Source of the DNA: Alphaproteobacteria bacterium
GTDB taxonomy: Bacteria; Pseudomonadota; Alphaproteobacteria; UBA828
Reading direction: 5' to 3'
DNA length: 64,000 nt
Assembly: GCA_965221125.1 (NCBI GenBank)
Contig: CBDCRW010000007.1
Coordinates: 448,001-512,000 of the forward strand
This document shows positions 30,417 through 42,907 of the stretch, piece after piece. Positions within the stretch are counted from its first letter, which is position 1. Every line of letters starts with the position of its first letter. The notes beneath the pieces were generated by a model. That model did not search any database and was not told where the DNA came from. It worked only from the letters and a program-made list of their open reading frames with translations. A program made the position numbers and the translations under genes.

Positions 30417-31346
30417 CTACGCGCCCCTGAGGCGCGGATCGAGGGCGTCGCGGAGGCCGTCGCCGATGTAGTTCACGCTCAGCACCGTGAGCGAGATGGC
30501 GAGGCCCGGCCAGAGCACGCGCGCCGGTGTGACGGAAATGAAGTTGGCGCCGTCGAAGAGCAGCCGCCCCCAGGTCGGGAAGTCGGGCGGGAAGCCCAGG
30601 CCCAGGAACGAGAGCGCGGACTCGGTGATGATGGCGTTGGCGATGCCCAATGTCGCCGAAACCATGATCGGGCTCAGCACGTTGGGCAGGATGTGGCGGG
30701 TGATGATGCGCCGCCTGCGCGTGCCGATGCTGCGGGCTGCAGTCACGAACTCGCGCTCGCGGAGGGCCAGCACGTCGCCGCGCACGATGCGCGCGGTCTG
30801 CATCCAGCTCGTGATGCCGATGATGAAGACCACGAGCAGGAAGATCCCCGTCTCCGGGCCGAAGGCTGCGCGCAGGCTTTCCCGGAACAGCATGATGACG
30901 ACCAGCAGCAGCGGCAGCAGCGGCAGCGCCAGGAACATGTCGGTGAGCCGCATCAGCAGGCCGTCGAGCCCCCGGAAGAAGCCGGCCAGCACGCCCACGA
31001 GCGTGCCGAGCACCAGCGCGATCATCATCGCGGTGAAGCCGACGGCGAGCGAGATGCGCCCGCCCGCCAGCACCTGTGCCAGCGTGTCGCGGCCGAGGTT
31101 GTCCGTCCCCATCGGGTGCTTGAGGGAGGGGCCCTGGTTCTTCGCCAGGATGTCGAGGTAGTGGGGGTCGATGGTGTGGATCAGCGGGCCGACGGCGACC
31201 GCGAGCGCGATGGCGATGAAGACTCCCGCGCCCGCCAGCGCGCCGGTGTGGTTGCGGAAGGCGAGCCACACGTCCATCCAGAGCGAGCGGTGGCGCCCGG
31301 TCGCGCGCGCGGGGACGGTGAGGCTGTCCGTAGGTGTCGCCGGCAT
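30417..31346 (-). CDS. Peptide ABC transporter permease (OppC/DppC-like)
   Basis: HPMGTDNLGRD, GGRISLAVG, RHILPN, ESALSFLGLG. Confidence 0.92.
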   Translation of the reverse strand: MPATPTDSLTVPARATGRHRSLWMDVWLAFRNHTGALAGAGVFIAIALAVAVGPLIHTIDPHYLDILAKNQGPSLKHPMGTDNLGRDTLAQVLAGGRISLAVGFTAMMIALVLGTLVGVLAGFFRGLDGLLMRLTDMFLALPLLPLLLVVIMLFRESLRAAFGPETGIFLLVVFIIGITSWMQTARIVRGDVLALREREFVTAARSIGTRRRRIITRHILPNVLSPIMVSATLGIANAIITESALSFLGLGFPPDFPTWGRLLFDGANFISVTPARVLWPGLAISLTVLSVNYIGDGLRDALDPRLRGA

Positions 31347-31349
31347 CGC

Positions 31350-32363
31350 TCAGCCGTAGCGGATGCGCGGATCGAGGATGCCGTAGAGCACGTCCGCGAT
31401 CAGGTTGAAGAGCACGATCAGCACCGCGAAGAGGAAGGAGAGCGTCTGCACCAGGGGAATGTCGGCGCCCTGGATGGCGGTGATGAGAAGCTCGCCGATG
31501 CCGTTCACCCGAAAGATCTTTTCCGTGATGATGGCGCCGCCGAAGACGGTGGGGATGCCGAGCGCGATCAGGGTCACCACCGGGATCAGGCTGTTGCGCA
31601 GCACGTGGATGAAGAGCACCACGCGCTCGCGCAGCCCCTTGGCGCGGGCGGTCCGCACGTAGTCCTGCGTCAGGTTGTCGAGCACGGCGGCGCGCATGAA
31701 GCGGCTGATCTGGGCCGCGTTGAAGAGTGCCAGCACCATCACCGGCATCGCCATCTGCTTGATCTGCACCCAGAAGCTCGAGAGGTCGGTGACCCGGTGC
31801 GTGGTGTCGTAGATCGACGGCAGCCATTGCAGCGAGACGCTGAAGACGATGATTGCGAGCAGTCCGGTGAAGAAGGTCGGAACCGAGAAGCCGATCATCG
31901 AGACGAAGGTGCCGAGCTGGTCGAACCAGGAATACTGCCGGTAGGCGGAGACGATGCCGATGGGCACCGCAATGAGGATGCCGATCAGGTAGGAGAGGCC
32001 GACCACCCAGAGGGTCTGCGGCAGCCGCTCGATGATGAGGTCGACGACGGGGCTCCGCGTCGCCCAGGAGCGCACGCGCAGGCGCGACTCCGAATCGCCG
32101 ATCTCGACGCCGAAGGCCTGCTCGACGAGGTTGAGCGGCTCGTTGACGAAGAACTGCTCCATCCACTTGGCGTAGCGGATGTGGAAGGGCTGCCCGAGCC
32201 CGAGGGATTCGCGGATCTGCTCGCGCGCTTCCGCCGGGATGGTGAGCGGGAGCTGGCCGGTGGGGTCGTTGGGCGCGAGGTCGAGGAGGGCGAAGAGGAT
32301 GAAGCTGATCGCGATCAGCGTCGGGATCGCGAAAAGCAGCCGGCGGACGATGTAGTGGGTCAT
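31350..32363 (-). CDS. Peptide ABC transporter permease (OppB/DppB-like)
   Basis: MTHYIVRRLL, QDYVRTARAKGL, HVLRNSLIP. Confidence 0.92.
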   Translation of the reverse strand: MTHYIVRRLLFAIPTLIAISFILFALLDLAPNDPTGQLPLTIPAEAREQIRESLGLGQPFHIRYAKWMEQFFVNEPLNLVEQAFGVEIGDSESRLRVRSWATRSPVVDLIIERLPQTLWVVGLSYLIGILIAVPIGIVSAYRQYSWFDQLGTFVSMIGFSVPTFFTGLLAIIVFSVSLQWLPSIYDTTHRVTDLSSFWVQIKQMAMPVMVLALFNAAQISRFMRAAVLDNLTQDYVRTARAKGLRERVVLFIHVLRNSLIPVVTLIALGIPTVFGGAIITEKIFRVNGIGELLITAIQGADIPLVQTLSFLFAVLIVLFNLIADVLYGILDPRIRYG

Positions 32364-32436
32364 CGAATGCGCGGAGAGGGGAGGCGTAGCGCGCAAAGAA
32401 ACACCCCCTCCTCACCCCGGCCCTCTCCTCCCCCGA

Positions 32437-33608
32437 GGATTCCTCTGCGAAAGTGGGTTTGCGGATTGGGTGGCATGTGATTCGTTGCTGCAGCGATGGG
32501 GAGGTCGATTCGATGAGCGGCACGGGTCAGCTGGGGTTTGCGGAAGCGTTCATGTCTGCGGGGCTGGGGACAAACCGGAAGCTGGAGCGTCTGGACGCCC
32601 TGATCGACTGGTCTCGGCTGGAGCGTCTGGCGTCGCGTGTGCGCGAGGGACGCCGGGGTCGTCCGCCCTATGCGCCGCTGGCGATGCTGAAGGCTCTCTA
32701 TCTTCAGGCGCTCTACGACCTTTCGGACCCCGGCCTGGAGGAGGCGCTGCTGGACCGGCTCTCGTTCCGGCGCTTCTGCGGCTTTGCGCTGGATGGCGGC
32801 ACGCCGGACGAGACCACGATCTGCCGCTTCCGCGCGGACGCGGGCGCGGTCCTGGAGGCGGCGTTCGAGGAGATCAACCGTCAGCTGGATGCCGCCGGCC
32901 TGATCCTGCGCAAGGGCACGCTGATGGACGCGACGTTGGTGGCCTCGGCCTCGCGGCCTCCGCCCTACAAGGCGGGTGCGGGTGCCGGGCACCCACGGGA
33001 GAGGGGCGCGGGCTGGACGCGGAAGAAGGGCCGCGGCTTCTTCGGCTACAAGGCGCATCTGGGCGTCGACCAGGGCTCCGGTCTGATCCGTCGCTTGGTG
33101 CTGAGCTCGGCCAAGACTTACGAGAGCGAGGTTGCGGATCGGCTGATCTGCGGCGACGAGGGGGCGGTCTATGGCGACCGCGCCTACGAGGGCAAGCCGC
33201 GACGGGCGAGGCTCAAGGCCTGCGGCGTCAAGGACCGCATCATGCACCGGCGCAACAAGCATATGGCGTCGCTGCCACCCTGGCAGCAGCGCCGCAACGA
33301 TCTCATTGCCAGGCGCCGGGCGCCGGTGGAGGCGGTCTTCTCGGCGCTGAAGCGGCTCTACGGGCTGAGGCGGGCGAAGAGCCTCACGCTCGAGAGGAAC
33401 ACCGCCCGCCTCTACGCCGTTGCCACCGCCTACAACCTGCGCCGCGCCAGCCTGATTGCGGGCTGCTGACCGACCAGTGCGCCCGCAAACCGCCTCCTCA
33501 GACACGAAATCGTCCAACGACGGCAGCACCACAACCGCCTCCATCAACACCGCCCAGCGCCAAAACCTTCCCAAAACATCCCGCCGAGCCCGTTTCGCAG
33601 AGGAATCC
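32437..33608 (+). mobile_element. IS5-family insertion sequence
   Basis: Perfect 16-bp IR GGATTCCTCTGCGAAA / TTTCGCAGAGGAATCC; no clean direct repeat (CGAG vs CCAG if ends shift by 1 nt). Confidence 0.88.
32513..33469 (+). CDS. IS5-family transposase
   Basis: GRPPY, LSDPGLEEAL.DRLSFRRF, PDETTICRFR, MDAT, GYKAHLGVD, GDRAY, RAPVEAVF. Confidence 0.94.
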   Translation: MSGTGQLGFAEAFMSAGLGTNRKLERLDALIDWSRLERLASRVREGRRGRPPYAPLAMLKALYLQALYDLSDPGLEEALLDRLSFRRFCGFALDGGTPDETTICRFRADAGAVLEAAFEEINRQLDAAGLILRKGTLMDATLVASASRPPPYKAGAGAGHPRERGAGWTRKKGRGFFGYKAHLGVDQGSGLIRRLVLSSAKTYESEVADRLICGDEGAVYGDRAYEGKPRRARLKACGVKDRIMHRRNKHMASLPPWQQRRNDLIARRRAPVEAVFSALKRLYGLRRAKSLTLERNTARLYAVATAYNLRRASLIAGC

Positions 33609-33785
33609 CAGGGGCGGAGAGGGGGTACGGGCGGTTCCGCCTGCGTCCCCCCTCCGCCCTTCAGGGGGGAGGGGAACAGGGGGAGGTGGGTGTCGGGCCC
33701 CTACGGCGTGCGCGCAGGGCGCGAGTCTTCCGACCTCTCGGTCGGACAGCCTCGCACAGATCATGACACTGGCGAAAATTTCTGG

Positions 33786-35498
33786 CTAACGGTGCCAGTC
33801 CGCGATGTTCCAGAGCTCCGAATCCCACGCGTTCACGCGCACGCCCTTGAGCGTGTTCGCATGAGCCGAAATCCTCGCCCGCCAGATGAGCGGGATCAGG
33901 TACTGGTTCTGCACGATGATGTCGTTCATCCGCTTGGCGATGGCGGCGCGCTCGTCGAGTGCGGCGGTCACGGCCAACTCGGCGGCAAGGGCGTCGTACT
34001 CGGCGTTGCAGACGCGCGGGATGTTGCTGCCGAGCCACTGGTTGTCGGGCCCCGGGATCTCCGAGCACAGCCAGTTGGCCATGTAGGACTCGGGGTCCAC
34101 GCCGTCGAAGTTGTTCGTGTACATCTGGATGTCGGCGTAGAACTTCATGTAGGTGTCGGGGCTCGCCGGGTCGCCGCCGAAGAAGACCGCGGCGTCGATG
34201 TTGCGAAGCTCGGTCTCGACCCCGATCTGCCCCCACATCTGCTTGATGAGCGCTTGCGTGCCCTGGCGCACGGAGTTGGTGGAGGTCTGGTAGAGGATGG
34301 AGAGGCGGACGCCGTCCTTCTCTCGCACGCCGTCCTCGCCCGGCAGCCAGCCGGCCGCGTCCAGGATGCGGTTGGCCTCCTCGATGTTCTGCGTCGCACA
34401 CGCGTCGTTCGCGTCGGATGCGTAGACGGGTGGCGCCGGCAGCACGTTGCAGGTGACCTGGCCGGCCGCGCCATAGCCGAAATCGACCAGGATCTGGCGG
34501 TCGATGGCCAGTGACAGCGCGCGGCGCACCGCCGGATCCGAGAGGAAGGGGTGCGGATTGGTGCCGTCGAGGTGGAGCGAGCGCGCGTCCTTGCCGAGGT
34601 CGGCGGAGTTGTTGGTCTGGTTCACGACCAGGCGCTCCACCATCGTGCCGAAGCCGGCGACGACCGTCCCCTTGCCGTTGGCCACCATCTGCTCCAGCAC
34701 CTCGGGCTCGATCTGCAGGTTCCAGGCGTAGTCGAACTCGCCGGTCGACAGCACGGCGCGCGCGGCGGAGGTCGCGTCGCCGCCGCCCTTGAAGGTGACG
34801 GTGGCGAAGGCGGGCTTGTCGGGCTCGCGATAGTTCTCGTTGGCCGAGAAGACGATCACGTCGTTGGCGCGGAACTCGTCGACCTTGAAGGGGCCGGTAC
34901 CGATGGGGCCGAAATTCTGCTCCGTGCAGGTCTGCGCCCTGGCGCCGGTGCAGTTCTCGAACTGCGCCTTCTGCAGGATCGGCGAGGTGGAGCCGACGAA
35001 GGGGCCGTAGGGGAAGGGCTTGGCCACGCCGAAATGGACGCGCACGGTGTGGTCGTCCAGCGCCTCGACGCCGGTGACGTCGGTGAAGCTGGAGAGGGGG
35101 TTGCAGCCCATCTCCTCGTTGAGGCAGTACGCGGCGGAGAACGCCACGTCGGCGGCGGTGAACGGCGTGCCGTCGGACCAGACGACGTCCTGGCGGAGCG
35201 GCCAGGTGATGGACATGAGGTCGGCCGCCACGCCGCCGTTCTCCACGGTGGGGATGTCGGCGGCGAGCGCGGGCACCATCGTGCCCGTGTCGTCGTAGCG
35301 GGCCAGCGGCTCGAGCACGAGGGAGGCGGCCTCGATGTCCTTGGTGCCGCCGGAGAGGTAGGGATTGACGGTGGAGACCGCCTGCCAATAGAGGATCTTC
35401 AGGTGGCCGTCGCGGCCGCGCTCGGCGAGCGCCGCAGTCGCGAGCGTCGCCGTCGCGAGCGCGGTAATCGCCAGACCCAGCAGGCATTTCCTGATCAT
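33786..35498 (-). CDS. Peptide ABC transporter substrate-binding protein
   Basis: GGAGGA RBS before MIRKCLL; YWQAVSTVNPYLSGGTKD, WSDGTPFTA.DV, PIGTGPF. Confidence 0.92.
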   Translation of the reverse strand: MIRKCLLGLAITALATATLATAALAERGRDGHLKILYWQAVSTVNPYLSGGTKDIEAASLVLEPLARYDDTGTMVPALAADIPTVENGGVAADLMSITWPLRQDVVWSDGTPFTAADVAFSAAYCLNEEMGCNPLSSFTDVTGVEALDDHTVRVHFGVAKPFPYGPFVGSTSPILQKAQFENCTGARAQTCTEQNFGPIGTGPFKVDEFRANDVIVFSANENYREPDKPAFATVTFKGGGDATSAARAVLSTGEFDYAWNLQIEPEVLEQMVANGKGTVVAGFGTMVERLVVNQTNNSADLGKDARSLHLDGTNPHPFLSDPAVRRALSLAIDRQILVDFGYGAAGQVTCNVLPAPPVYASDANDACATQNIEEANRILDAAGWLPGEDGVREKDGVRLSILYQTSTNSVRQGTQALIKQMWGQIGVETELRNIDAAVFFGGDPASPDTYMKFYADIQMYTNNFDGVDPESYMANWLCSEIPGPDNQWLGSNIPRVCNAEYDALAAELAVTAALDERAAIAKRMNDIIVQNQYLIPLIWRARISAHANTLKGVRVNAWDSELWNIADWHR

Positions 35499-35555
35499 GT
35501 CGCGGTCCTCCGGTTGGGGGGAGGGCAGCGCGCTTCGGAGCACGCGTCGCCAATA

Positions 35556-35650
35556 TTCCGCCATCACTCCGCCAGGTGACAAGCGACCTGATGGCCGGGG
35601 CGGAGCGTGCGCCATTCGGGCGGCCGCTCCGAGCACTCGGGCACAGCGAC
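35556..35650 (-). repeat. Second copy of the oppF 3' end (95-bp direct repeat)
   Basis: Matches 36388-36482 at 90/95 by manual alignment; encodes [28 protein letters not shown]. Confidence 0.9.
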
Positions 35651-35760
35651 AGCGCTCGGCGTTTGCGGCCATCCTGGCTGATACCGCATCTTCCGAGGGT
35701 CAACATAGCCCACCACAAGACGTGTCCACGGAATTCGGGACTGCATCGCTGAACATTCTA

Positions 35761-36336
35761 TCAACACTCGACCACCGACATTTCGCCAATTGGCTCGAGT
35801 GGTTCGGGCATACCTTTGTCAATCAAGAACTCCGGAATGCTAACGTACCCCATGCGAATTAAGAATTCTGGCAGGTTCGAATGAAATAGATCGCATGTGA
35901 TTATGTCAAGACCATTTAGCGAGTCAAATATACGATTCTCCACTATTTCACGAGCTTTATCCTTCAGCATACCACCAGTTAGGAGGTCAAGCAACTCTTC
36001 GCTCAAATAGGCGGTATGACTAATAACATCCAACGCGGACGCCCTGTCATGCTCGCTGTATTCATCTAATTGTTTCAAGCGATTGGCGTGATATAGCTTC
36101 TGGAACAGTTCATTCTGTTCCTGTGAAATACTATCATACAGCTGCCTTACTCGAATGTAAGTGTTGAACTGTAAATCCATACTCTGTCGATCTAATGCGG
36201 TGGCTTGTTGTTCCAATGCTGTGGTTTGTCGGTCCAATGATCGCCAGTTGGCAATCAATGTTAGTACAGCAACTGTCAGCATAATCCAACTTAGAATATG
36301 ACCCGTTCTCGAGATGAGCGACGATCTCACTGACAT
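35761..36336 (-). CDS. Low-GC hypothetical protein with an N-terminal TM helix and coiled-coil
   Basis: 191 aa, GGAG RBS, markedly AT-richer than flanks; TM WIMLTVAVLTLIANW followed by LDRQTTA-LEQQATA-LDRQSMD heptads. Confidence 0.75.
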   Translation of the reverse strand: MSVRSSLISRTGHILSWIMLTVAVLTLIANWRSLDRQTTALEQQATALDRQSMDLQFNTYIRVRQLYDSISQEQNELFQKLYHANRLKQLDEYSEHDRASALDVISHTAYLSEELLDLLTGGMLKDKAREIVENRIFDSLNGLDIITCDLFHSNLPEFLIRMGYVSIPEFLIDKGMPEPLEPIGEMSVVEC

Positions 36337-36395
36337 TGCTTTGACTCCGAATTGTAATGGTCAGCGTTAAACCGGCCTCCCCGTATTTTCCGCCA

Positions 36396-38382
<1,987 letters not shown>

Positions 38383-38543
38383 CGGGCGGCTCCGTCTGTC
38401 CTCTTCGGCCGCGGTTATGTTCCGACCTCCGCGGTCTTCATGCATGCCGAGCATATGCCCTGCGATTCTAACCGTGGCGCGATCCGGCATGCTAGTCTCC
38501 CGCGCCCGGTGCGAGGCGGGCGCGGACGGATGGCGGGGCGAGA

Positions 38544-39743
38544 ATGACAGTGCGTGGCAGGGAGCGGCTCGGGTCGGCCGACATCGTGGTGGTCGGCGCC
38601 GGGATCATGGGGGCGAGCATCGCCTTTCAGCTCACGCGGCAGTCGGGCCGCAAGGTGGTGGTGGTCGACGAGCGGCCGCCGGTGGGCGGCATGTCGGGCC
38701 GCACCTTCGGGCAGATCCGCCAGCACTACTCCAACGCGCTGATGGTCGAGATGGCCATCCGGGGCTTCGAGGTGCTGAACAACTGGCAGACCGAGGTGGG
38801 CGTCGGCGATCCGGGCTACGTGAAGCTCGGCTACATGCTGCTGGTCGTCGAGGCGCAGGTGGAGGCCTGCCGGCGCAACGTCGACCTCGGCCGCCAGCTT
38901 GGCGTCGACACGCGCTTCGCGAGCCCCGACGAGATCAAGGCGCTGGAGCCCGCGCTGGTGACCGACGATCTCGCCGGCGGCGCGTGGGAGCCCAACGGCG
39001 GCTACATCGACGTGACCCGCATGGTGCTGAGCTGGCTGGGCGCGGCGCAGGCGGCAGGGGCGACGCTGCATTCCGGCCTCCGGGTGGAGGGGATCGCCAC
39101 GGCGGACGGGCGCGTGGCGGGCGTGGATACGGCCGAAGGGCGCATCGAGGCGCCTGTGGTGGTCTGCGCGGCCGGGGCGTGGAGCAGCGACCTGCTGGCG
39201 CCCATCGGCGTCGCTGCGCCGATCGAGCGCCGGCGCCTCGACATGGCCTATCTCGAGCAGCCGCCCGGCCGACCCACGATCCGCACCTGCATCACCGACG
39301 GCAACTCCAACGTGGTGATGCGCCCCGACATGGGGCCCTACCTGCTGGCGGTGGCCTACCCCAACGAGATGCCGGAGGTCGCCGACCCTGCCGCGCCCGC
39401 GCCGGCGGAGGACGAGGCGCGGCACCGGACGCGCCTCGACAAGGCGCTGGCCGAACGGCTGCCTGACTTTGTGGACGCGAAGGTCGTGCGCACGGTCTCC
39501 GGCGCCTACGACATCACGCCGGACTTCCATCCCATCCTCGGCTGGGCGCCGGGGCTCGACGGGCTCTATCTGGCGGCCGGTTTCTCCGGCCACGGGTTGA
39601 AACTCTCGCCGGCGGTGGGGGAATGCGTCGCCGCCGCCGTGCTTGAGACCGAATCGCCGTTCGACATCCGCCCGCTCAGGCCGTCCCGCTTCGCCGACGG
39701 CGAGCCGATGTACCTCGCCTACGGCCCCTCAGCCCGCGCCTGA
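38544..39743 (+). CDS. FAD-dependent oxidoreductase (DAO/sarcosine oxidase beta-like)
   Basis: VVGAGIMG, AAGAWS, YDITPDFHPILG, GFSGHGLKLSPAVG. Confidence 0.85.
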   Translation: MTVRGRERLGSADIVVVGAGIMGASIAFQLTRQSGRKVVVVDERPPVGGMSGRTFGQIRQHYSNALMVEMAIRGFEVLNNWQTEVGVGDPGYVKLGYMLLVVEAQVEACRRNVDLGRQLGVDTRFASPDEIKALEPALVTDDLAGGAWEPNGGYIDVTRMVLSWLGAAQAAGATLHSGLRVEGIATADGRVAGVDTAEGRIEAPVVVCAAGAWSSDLLAPIGVAAPIERRRLDMAYLEQPPGRPTIRTCITDGNSNVVMRPDMGPYLLAVAYPNEMPEVADPAAPAPAEDEARHRTRLDKALAERLPDFVDAKVVRTVSGAYDITPDFHPILGWAPGLDGLYLAAGFSGHGLKLSPAVGECVAAAVLETESPFDIRPLRPSRFADGEPMYLAYGPSARA

Positions 39744-39753
39744 GCGCGCCGAG

Positions 39754-40125
39754 TCAAGGGTCGCGGCTGAGGCCGCGCTCTTCCAGCGCGTCGAGGTAGG
39801 TCTGCCAGATCGCCTCGCGATTCTCGCCCAGGTGGCGCAGGTAGGACCAGGTGTAGATGCCGGTGGTGTGCAGATCGTCGAAGTGGAGGCGGACGGCGTA
39901 GTTGCCCACCGGCTCGATCAGGGTGATGCCGACGTGGCGGCGGCCGGGGACGATGGTCTTGCCCTCGCCGTGGCCCCGCACCTCGGCCGACGGGCTCTCG
40001 ACGCGCAGCAGCTCCGCCGGCAGGCTGCAGCAGAGGTGGTCGTCGTAATCGATCTCGAGGGTCTTCTCGGCGCTCCTGTAGCGGATCTCGACCGGCCAGG
40101 GCTGATCCTCGAAGGGTGTGCTCAC
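39754..40125 (-). CDS. DUF971 (GBBH-like N-terminal) protein
   Basis: [37 protein letters not shown]. Confidence 0.88.
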   Translation of the reverse strand: MSTPFEDQPWPVEIRYRSAEKTLEIDYDDHLCCSLPAELLRVESPSAEVRGHGEGKTIVPGRRHVGITLIEPVGNYAVRLHFDDLHTTGIYTWSYLRHLGENREAIWQTYLDALEERGLSRDP

Positions 40126-40316
40126 TCGTCCTCCTCCAGCGGCCGGGCTTCGTCAGGCAGCATGATCGGGATGCCGTCCCGAATCGGGAAGGCGAGCTTG
40201 GCGCGGTCGCTGATCAGCTCCTGCCGCTCGGCGTCGTAGCGGAGCGACTCCTTGGTGATCGGGCAGACCAGGATTTCCAGCAGCTTGGGGTCGACGGTGG
40301 CGCGTTCCTCCGTCAT
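40122..40316 (-). CDS. Trm112-family (YcaR/UPF0434) protein
   Basis: [14 protein letters not shown]...[17 protein letters not shown]. Confidence 0.9.
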   Translation of the reverse strand: MTEERATVDPKLLEILVCPITKESLRYDAERQELISDRAKLAFPIRDGIPIMLPDEARPLEEDE

Positions 40317-40330
40317 CGCAGCAGCCTCCC

Positions 40331-40996
40331 TCACTGCATCCGCGCGCGCGGCCCGGACGCGGCGTGGGCCGACATCTCGAACAGCGCTTGCATCATGGCG
40401 AGGCGCTCGCTCTCGGCCTCGCACTCCAGGAGCGCCTGCTTCTCGTTCGGCTCGAAGGGGCAGGCCATGGCGAGGCAGGTGACGAGGGCGTCGTCGTTGG
40501 CACGGTCGATCGCGTCCCAGTCGGCGGTGAGCCCGTGGTGCTCGAAATAGGAGCGGAGCGCCGGCAGCAGGCGGTCGCGGTCGACCGTGAGCGGCGCGGG
40601 CTCCGGCAGGTCGCCGGCGAAGCGGCTGTAGTCCGCGCTGACCCGGCGGTAGAGCAGGCCGTCCTGATCGATTTCGCGGGTGATGGCGAAGCGGCAGACG
40701 CCGGTCAGCGTAATCAGGAAGCGGTTGTCCGGCGTCTCGGAGAACGACGTGATGCGCCCGGCGCAGCCGACCGGGTAGACCTCGGGCGCGGCGACGTTGG
40801 CCTTGGGGTCCGCCGGCTGGATCATGCCGACCATCTGGTGCGACGCCATCGCGTCCTGCGTCATCTGCAGGTAGCGCGGCTCGAAGATGTTGAGCGGGAG
40901 CCGCCCGCGTGGCAGCAGCATCACGCCCGGCAGCGGGAAGATCGGGATGACGCGCGGCAGGTCGTCGATGCCGCCCGCTTCGTTGCCGGCGCTCAC
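40331..40996 (-). CDS. LON peptidase substrate-binding domain protein
   Basis: [11 protein letters not shown]...[23 protein letters not shown]. Confidence 0.9.
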   Translation of the reverse strand: MSAGNEAGGIDDLPRVIPIFPLPGVMLLPRGRLPLNIFEPRYLQMTQDAMASHQMVGMIQPADPKANVAAPEVYPVGCAGRITSFSETPDNRFLITLTGVCRFAITREIDQDGLLYRRVSADYSRFAGDLPEPAPLTVDRDRLLPALRSYFEHHGLTADWDAIDRANDDALVTCLAMACPFEPNEKQALLECEAESERLAMMQALFEMSAHAASGPRARMQ

Positions 40997-41004
40997 GTCT
41001 CGCC

Positions 41005-41910
41005 TCAGGAGAACAGGATCGAGGAGAGCTTGCGGCGGCCGGCGACGGTGAGCGGGTCCGCGTGGCCGATGGCCTCGAACAGCTTGAGAAGCTGCTGGCG
41101 CGCCGCCTCTTCGTTCCACTGCCGATCCCGGCGGATGATCTCGATCAGCTCGTCGATGGCCTGCTCGTTGCGCCCCGCGCCGTGGTGGGCCATGGCGAGG
41201 TCGAAGCGCACCTGGTGATTGGCGGGGTCCTGGGCGAGCTGGGCCTGAAGCTGGGCGGTGTCGCCGTCGGCCTCGCCGGCCTGCTCGGCGAGCGAGAGCG
41301 CCGAAATCGCGCCTTCGACGTCGGCGTCCTTCAGCGCGTCGTCGTCGAGCCCGTCCACCAGCTCGCGCGCTTCTTCGAGATCGCCGGCGGCGACGAGGCA
41401 GCGCACCAGCCCCGCGATCGCCGCGGTCTCACCCGGCACCTGCCGCAGGATCTGGGCGTAGATGTTCGACGCGGCGGCATGGTCGCCGGCGTCCAGCGCC
41501 TGCTTGGCCTGCTCCAGGGCCTGCTCAAGCGGCGAGGGGCCCATCGGGCCGACCAGCCGCTCCACGAAGCGCTTGATCTGGCTTTCCGGCTGGGCCCCCA
41601 TGAAGCCGTCGACCGGCTGGCCCTGCTGGAAGGCGAAGACGGCCGGAATCGACTGGATGCGGAGCTGCTGCGCGATCTCCGGGTTCTCGTCGATGTTGAT
41701 CTTGACCAGCGACACCTTGCCGCCGGCGTCCCTCACCGTCTTTTCCAGGATCGGCGCAAGCTGCTTGCAGGGGCCGCACCAGGGCGCCCAGAAATCGACG
41801 ATCACGGGGGTCTGGTGCGACGCTTCGATCACGTCGGCAGCGAAGCTCTGGGTCGTCGCGTCCTTCGGCTGCGCTGCGCCGCCGGCCGCCTGGCCGATGA
41901 GGGGATCCAT
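41005..41910 (-). CDS. cnoX: Thioredoxin-TPR co-chaperone (YbbN/CnoX)
   Basis: [13 protein letters not shown] thioredoxin domain, TPR repeats, C-terminal [10 protein letters not shown]. Confidence 0.88.
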   Translation of the reverse strand: MDPLIGQAAGGAAQPKDATTQSFAADVIEASHQTPVIVDFWAPWCGPCKQLAPILEKTVRDAGGKVSLVKINIDENPEIAQQLRIQSIPAVFAFQQGQPVDGFMGAQPESQIKRFVERLVGPMGPSPLEQALEQAKQALDAGDHAAASNIYAQILRQVPGETAAIAGLVRCLVAAGDLEEARELVDGLDDDALKDADVEGAISALSLAEQAGEADGDTAQLQAQLAQDPANHQVRFDLAMAHHGAGRNEQAIDELIEIIRRDRQWNEEAARQQLLKLFEAIGHADPLTVAGRRKLSSILFS

Positions 41911-42086
41911 ACCCGTGTGCTCCCGGCTGGAGAGTGTGCGGTTGGGCAAGAGTACATGGCAGCTTGCCCCCTGCGTTGCAAGCCTGCCACGGGCATCGTG
42001 GGGGCTTCGCTCCCGAGCGCGAGAGCCGGCAGCCTGGAGGTCCGATTTCGGTTTACCGGGCCGCGCGCAGCCGATAGACCACGGCC

Positions 42087-42560
42087 ATGCCAGTTCTCCG
42101 GCAGCCGGTGCGCGCGCTCGCGCTCGTAGTCCTGTTCGCGCTTGCGGGGTTCGCGTCGCCCGCCGCGGCGGAGGGCGGCGCGCTTGAGCCGCTGACGATC
42201 GAGACCGGCGCGGGCGTCCACGCCATCGAGGTGGAGGTTGCCCGCACGGCGGCGGAGCGGGGCGTCGGCCTCATGCACCGCACGGAGCTTGCGCCCGACC
42301 GCGGCATGCTCTTCGACTTCGGTGCTGCGCGGCAGGTCACCATGTGGATGAAGAACACGCTGATCCCGCTGGACATGTTCTTCGCCGACGAAGGGGGGCG
42401 CATCGTCACCATCGCCCAGCGGACGACGCCGCTTTCCGAAAAGCGCATACCCTCGGGCCAGCCTGTCCGCTACGTGCTGGAGATGATCGGCGGCAGCGCC
42501 GAGCGGCTGGGCGTCGCGGTCGGCGACCGCCTGCGCCACGCGCTCATCGGGCAGCCATGA
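42087..42560 (+). CDS. DUF192 protein
   Basis: VEVA...R..GLM.R, GMLF, MWMKNTLIPLDMFF, YVLE. Confidence 0.9.
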   Translation: MPVLRQPVRALALVVLFALAGFASPAAAEGGALEPLTIETGAGVHAIEVEVARTAAERGVGLMHRTELAPDRGMLFDFGAARQVTMWMKNTLIPLDMFFADEGGRIVTIAQRTTPLSEKRIPSGQPVRYVLEMIGGSAERLGVAVGDRLRHALIGQP

Positions 42561-42895
42561 GCGAAGCGCGGCTCAAGACCGAGGTGCTGGTGCAGGCGGG
42601 CTTCCGCTACTGCCAGCAGGCGCTGCTCGCGGCCGCGCTCAGGCGGCGGGGCGATTCGGATGCCGGCGCGCTGCTCGTCAAGGTGAGCCGGCTCGACGGC
42701 ACGGCGGCGGTGTTCGCGCGCACGCAATCGCTCGACGGCGACCTCACCTGGCGCCGCGCCACCGGAGAGGGCTGGATTCCCGAGGACGAGGCCGAGGCAA
42801 GGCTCGCGCGGGAGATCGACTTCGACCCGGACGTCTGGATCGTCGAGGTCGAGGACCCGGAGGGCCGCAACCCCTTCGCGACACTGACGGGTTGA
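42557..42895 (+). CDS. DUF1491 family protein
   Basis: ARLKT, RRGD.DAGA.LVK, REIDFDPDVWIVEVED. Confidence 0.88.
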   Translation: MSEARLKTEVLVQAGFRYCQQALLAAALRRRGDSDAGALLVKVSRLDGTAAVFARTQSLDGDLTWRRATGEGWIPEDEAEARLAREIDFDPDVWIVEVEDPEGRNPFATLTG

Positions 42896-42907
42896 GCAGC
42901 CCCCAAC

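Larger units (their letters stand above)
32404..33690. repeat. REP/CIR-like palindromic pair split by IS5
   Basis: CCCCCTCCTCACCCCGGCCCTCTCCTCCCCC left of the IS pairs with GGGGCGGAGAGGG right of it; inverted partner CCCCCCTCCGCCCTTCAGGGGGGAGGGGAACAGGGGGAGG follows. Confidence 0.6.

Noticed and set aside
35651-35760. Integron attC site next to the low-GC gene
   Set aside because: No RYYYAAC...GTTRRRY box pair with a long imperfect palindrome was found; no intI in the window.
35564-35767. 67-aa ORF ending in the OppF C-terminus
   Set aside because: Chance open frame (TTG start, no RBS seen) running into the duplicated oppF end; treated as a repeat, not a gene.
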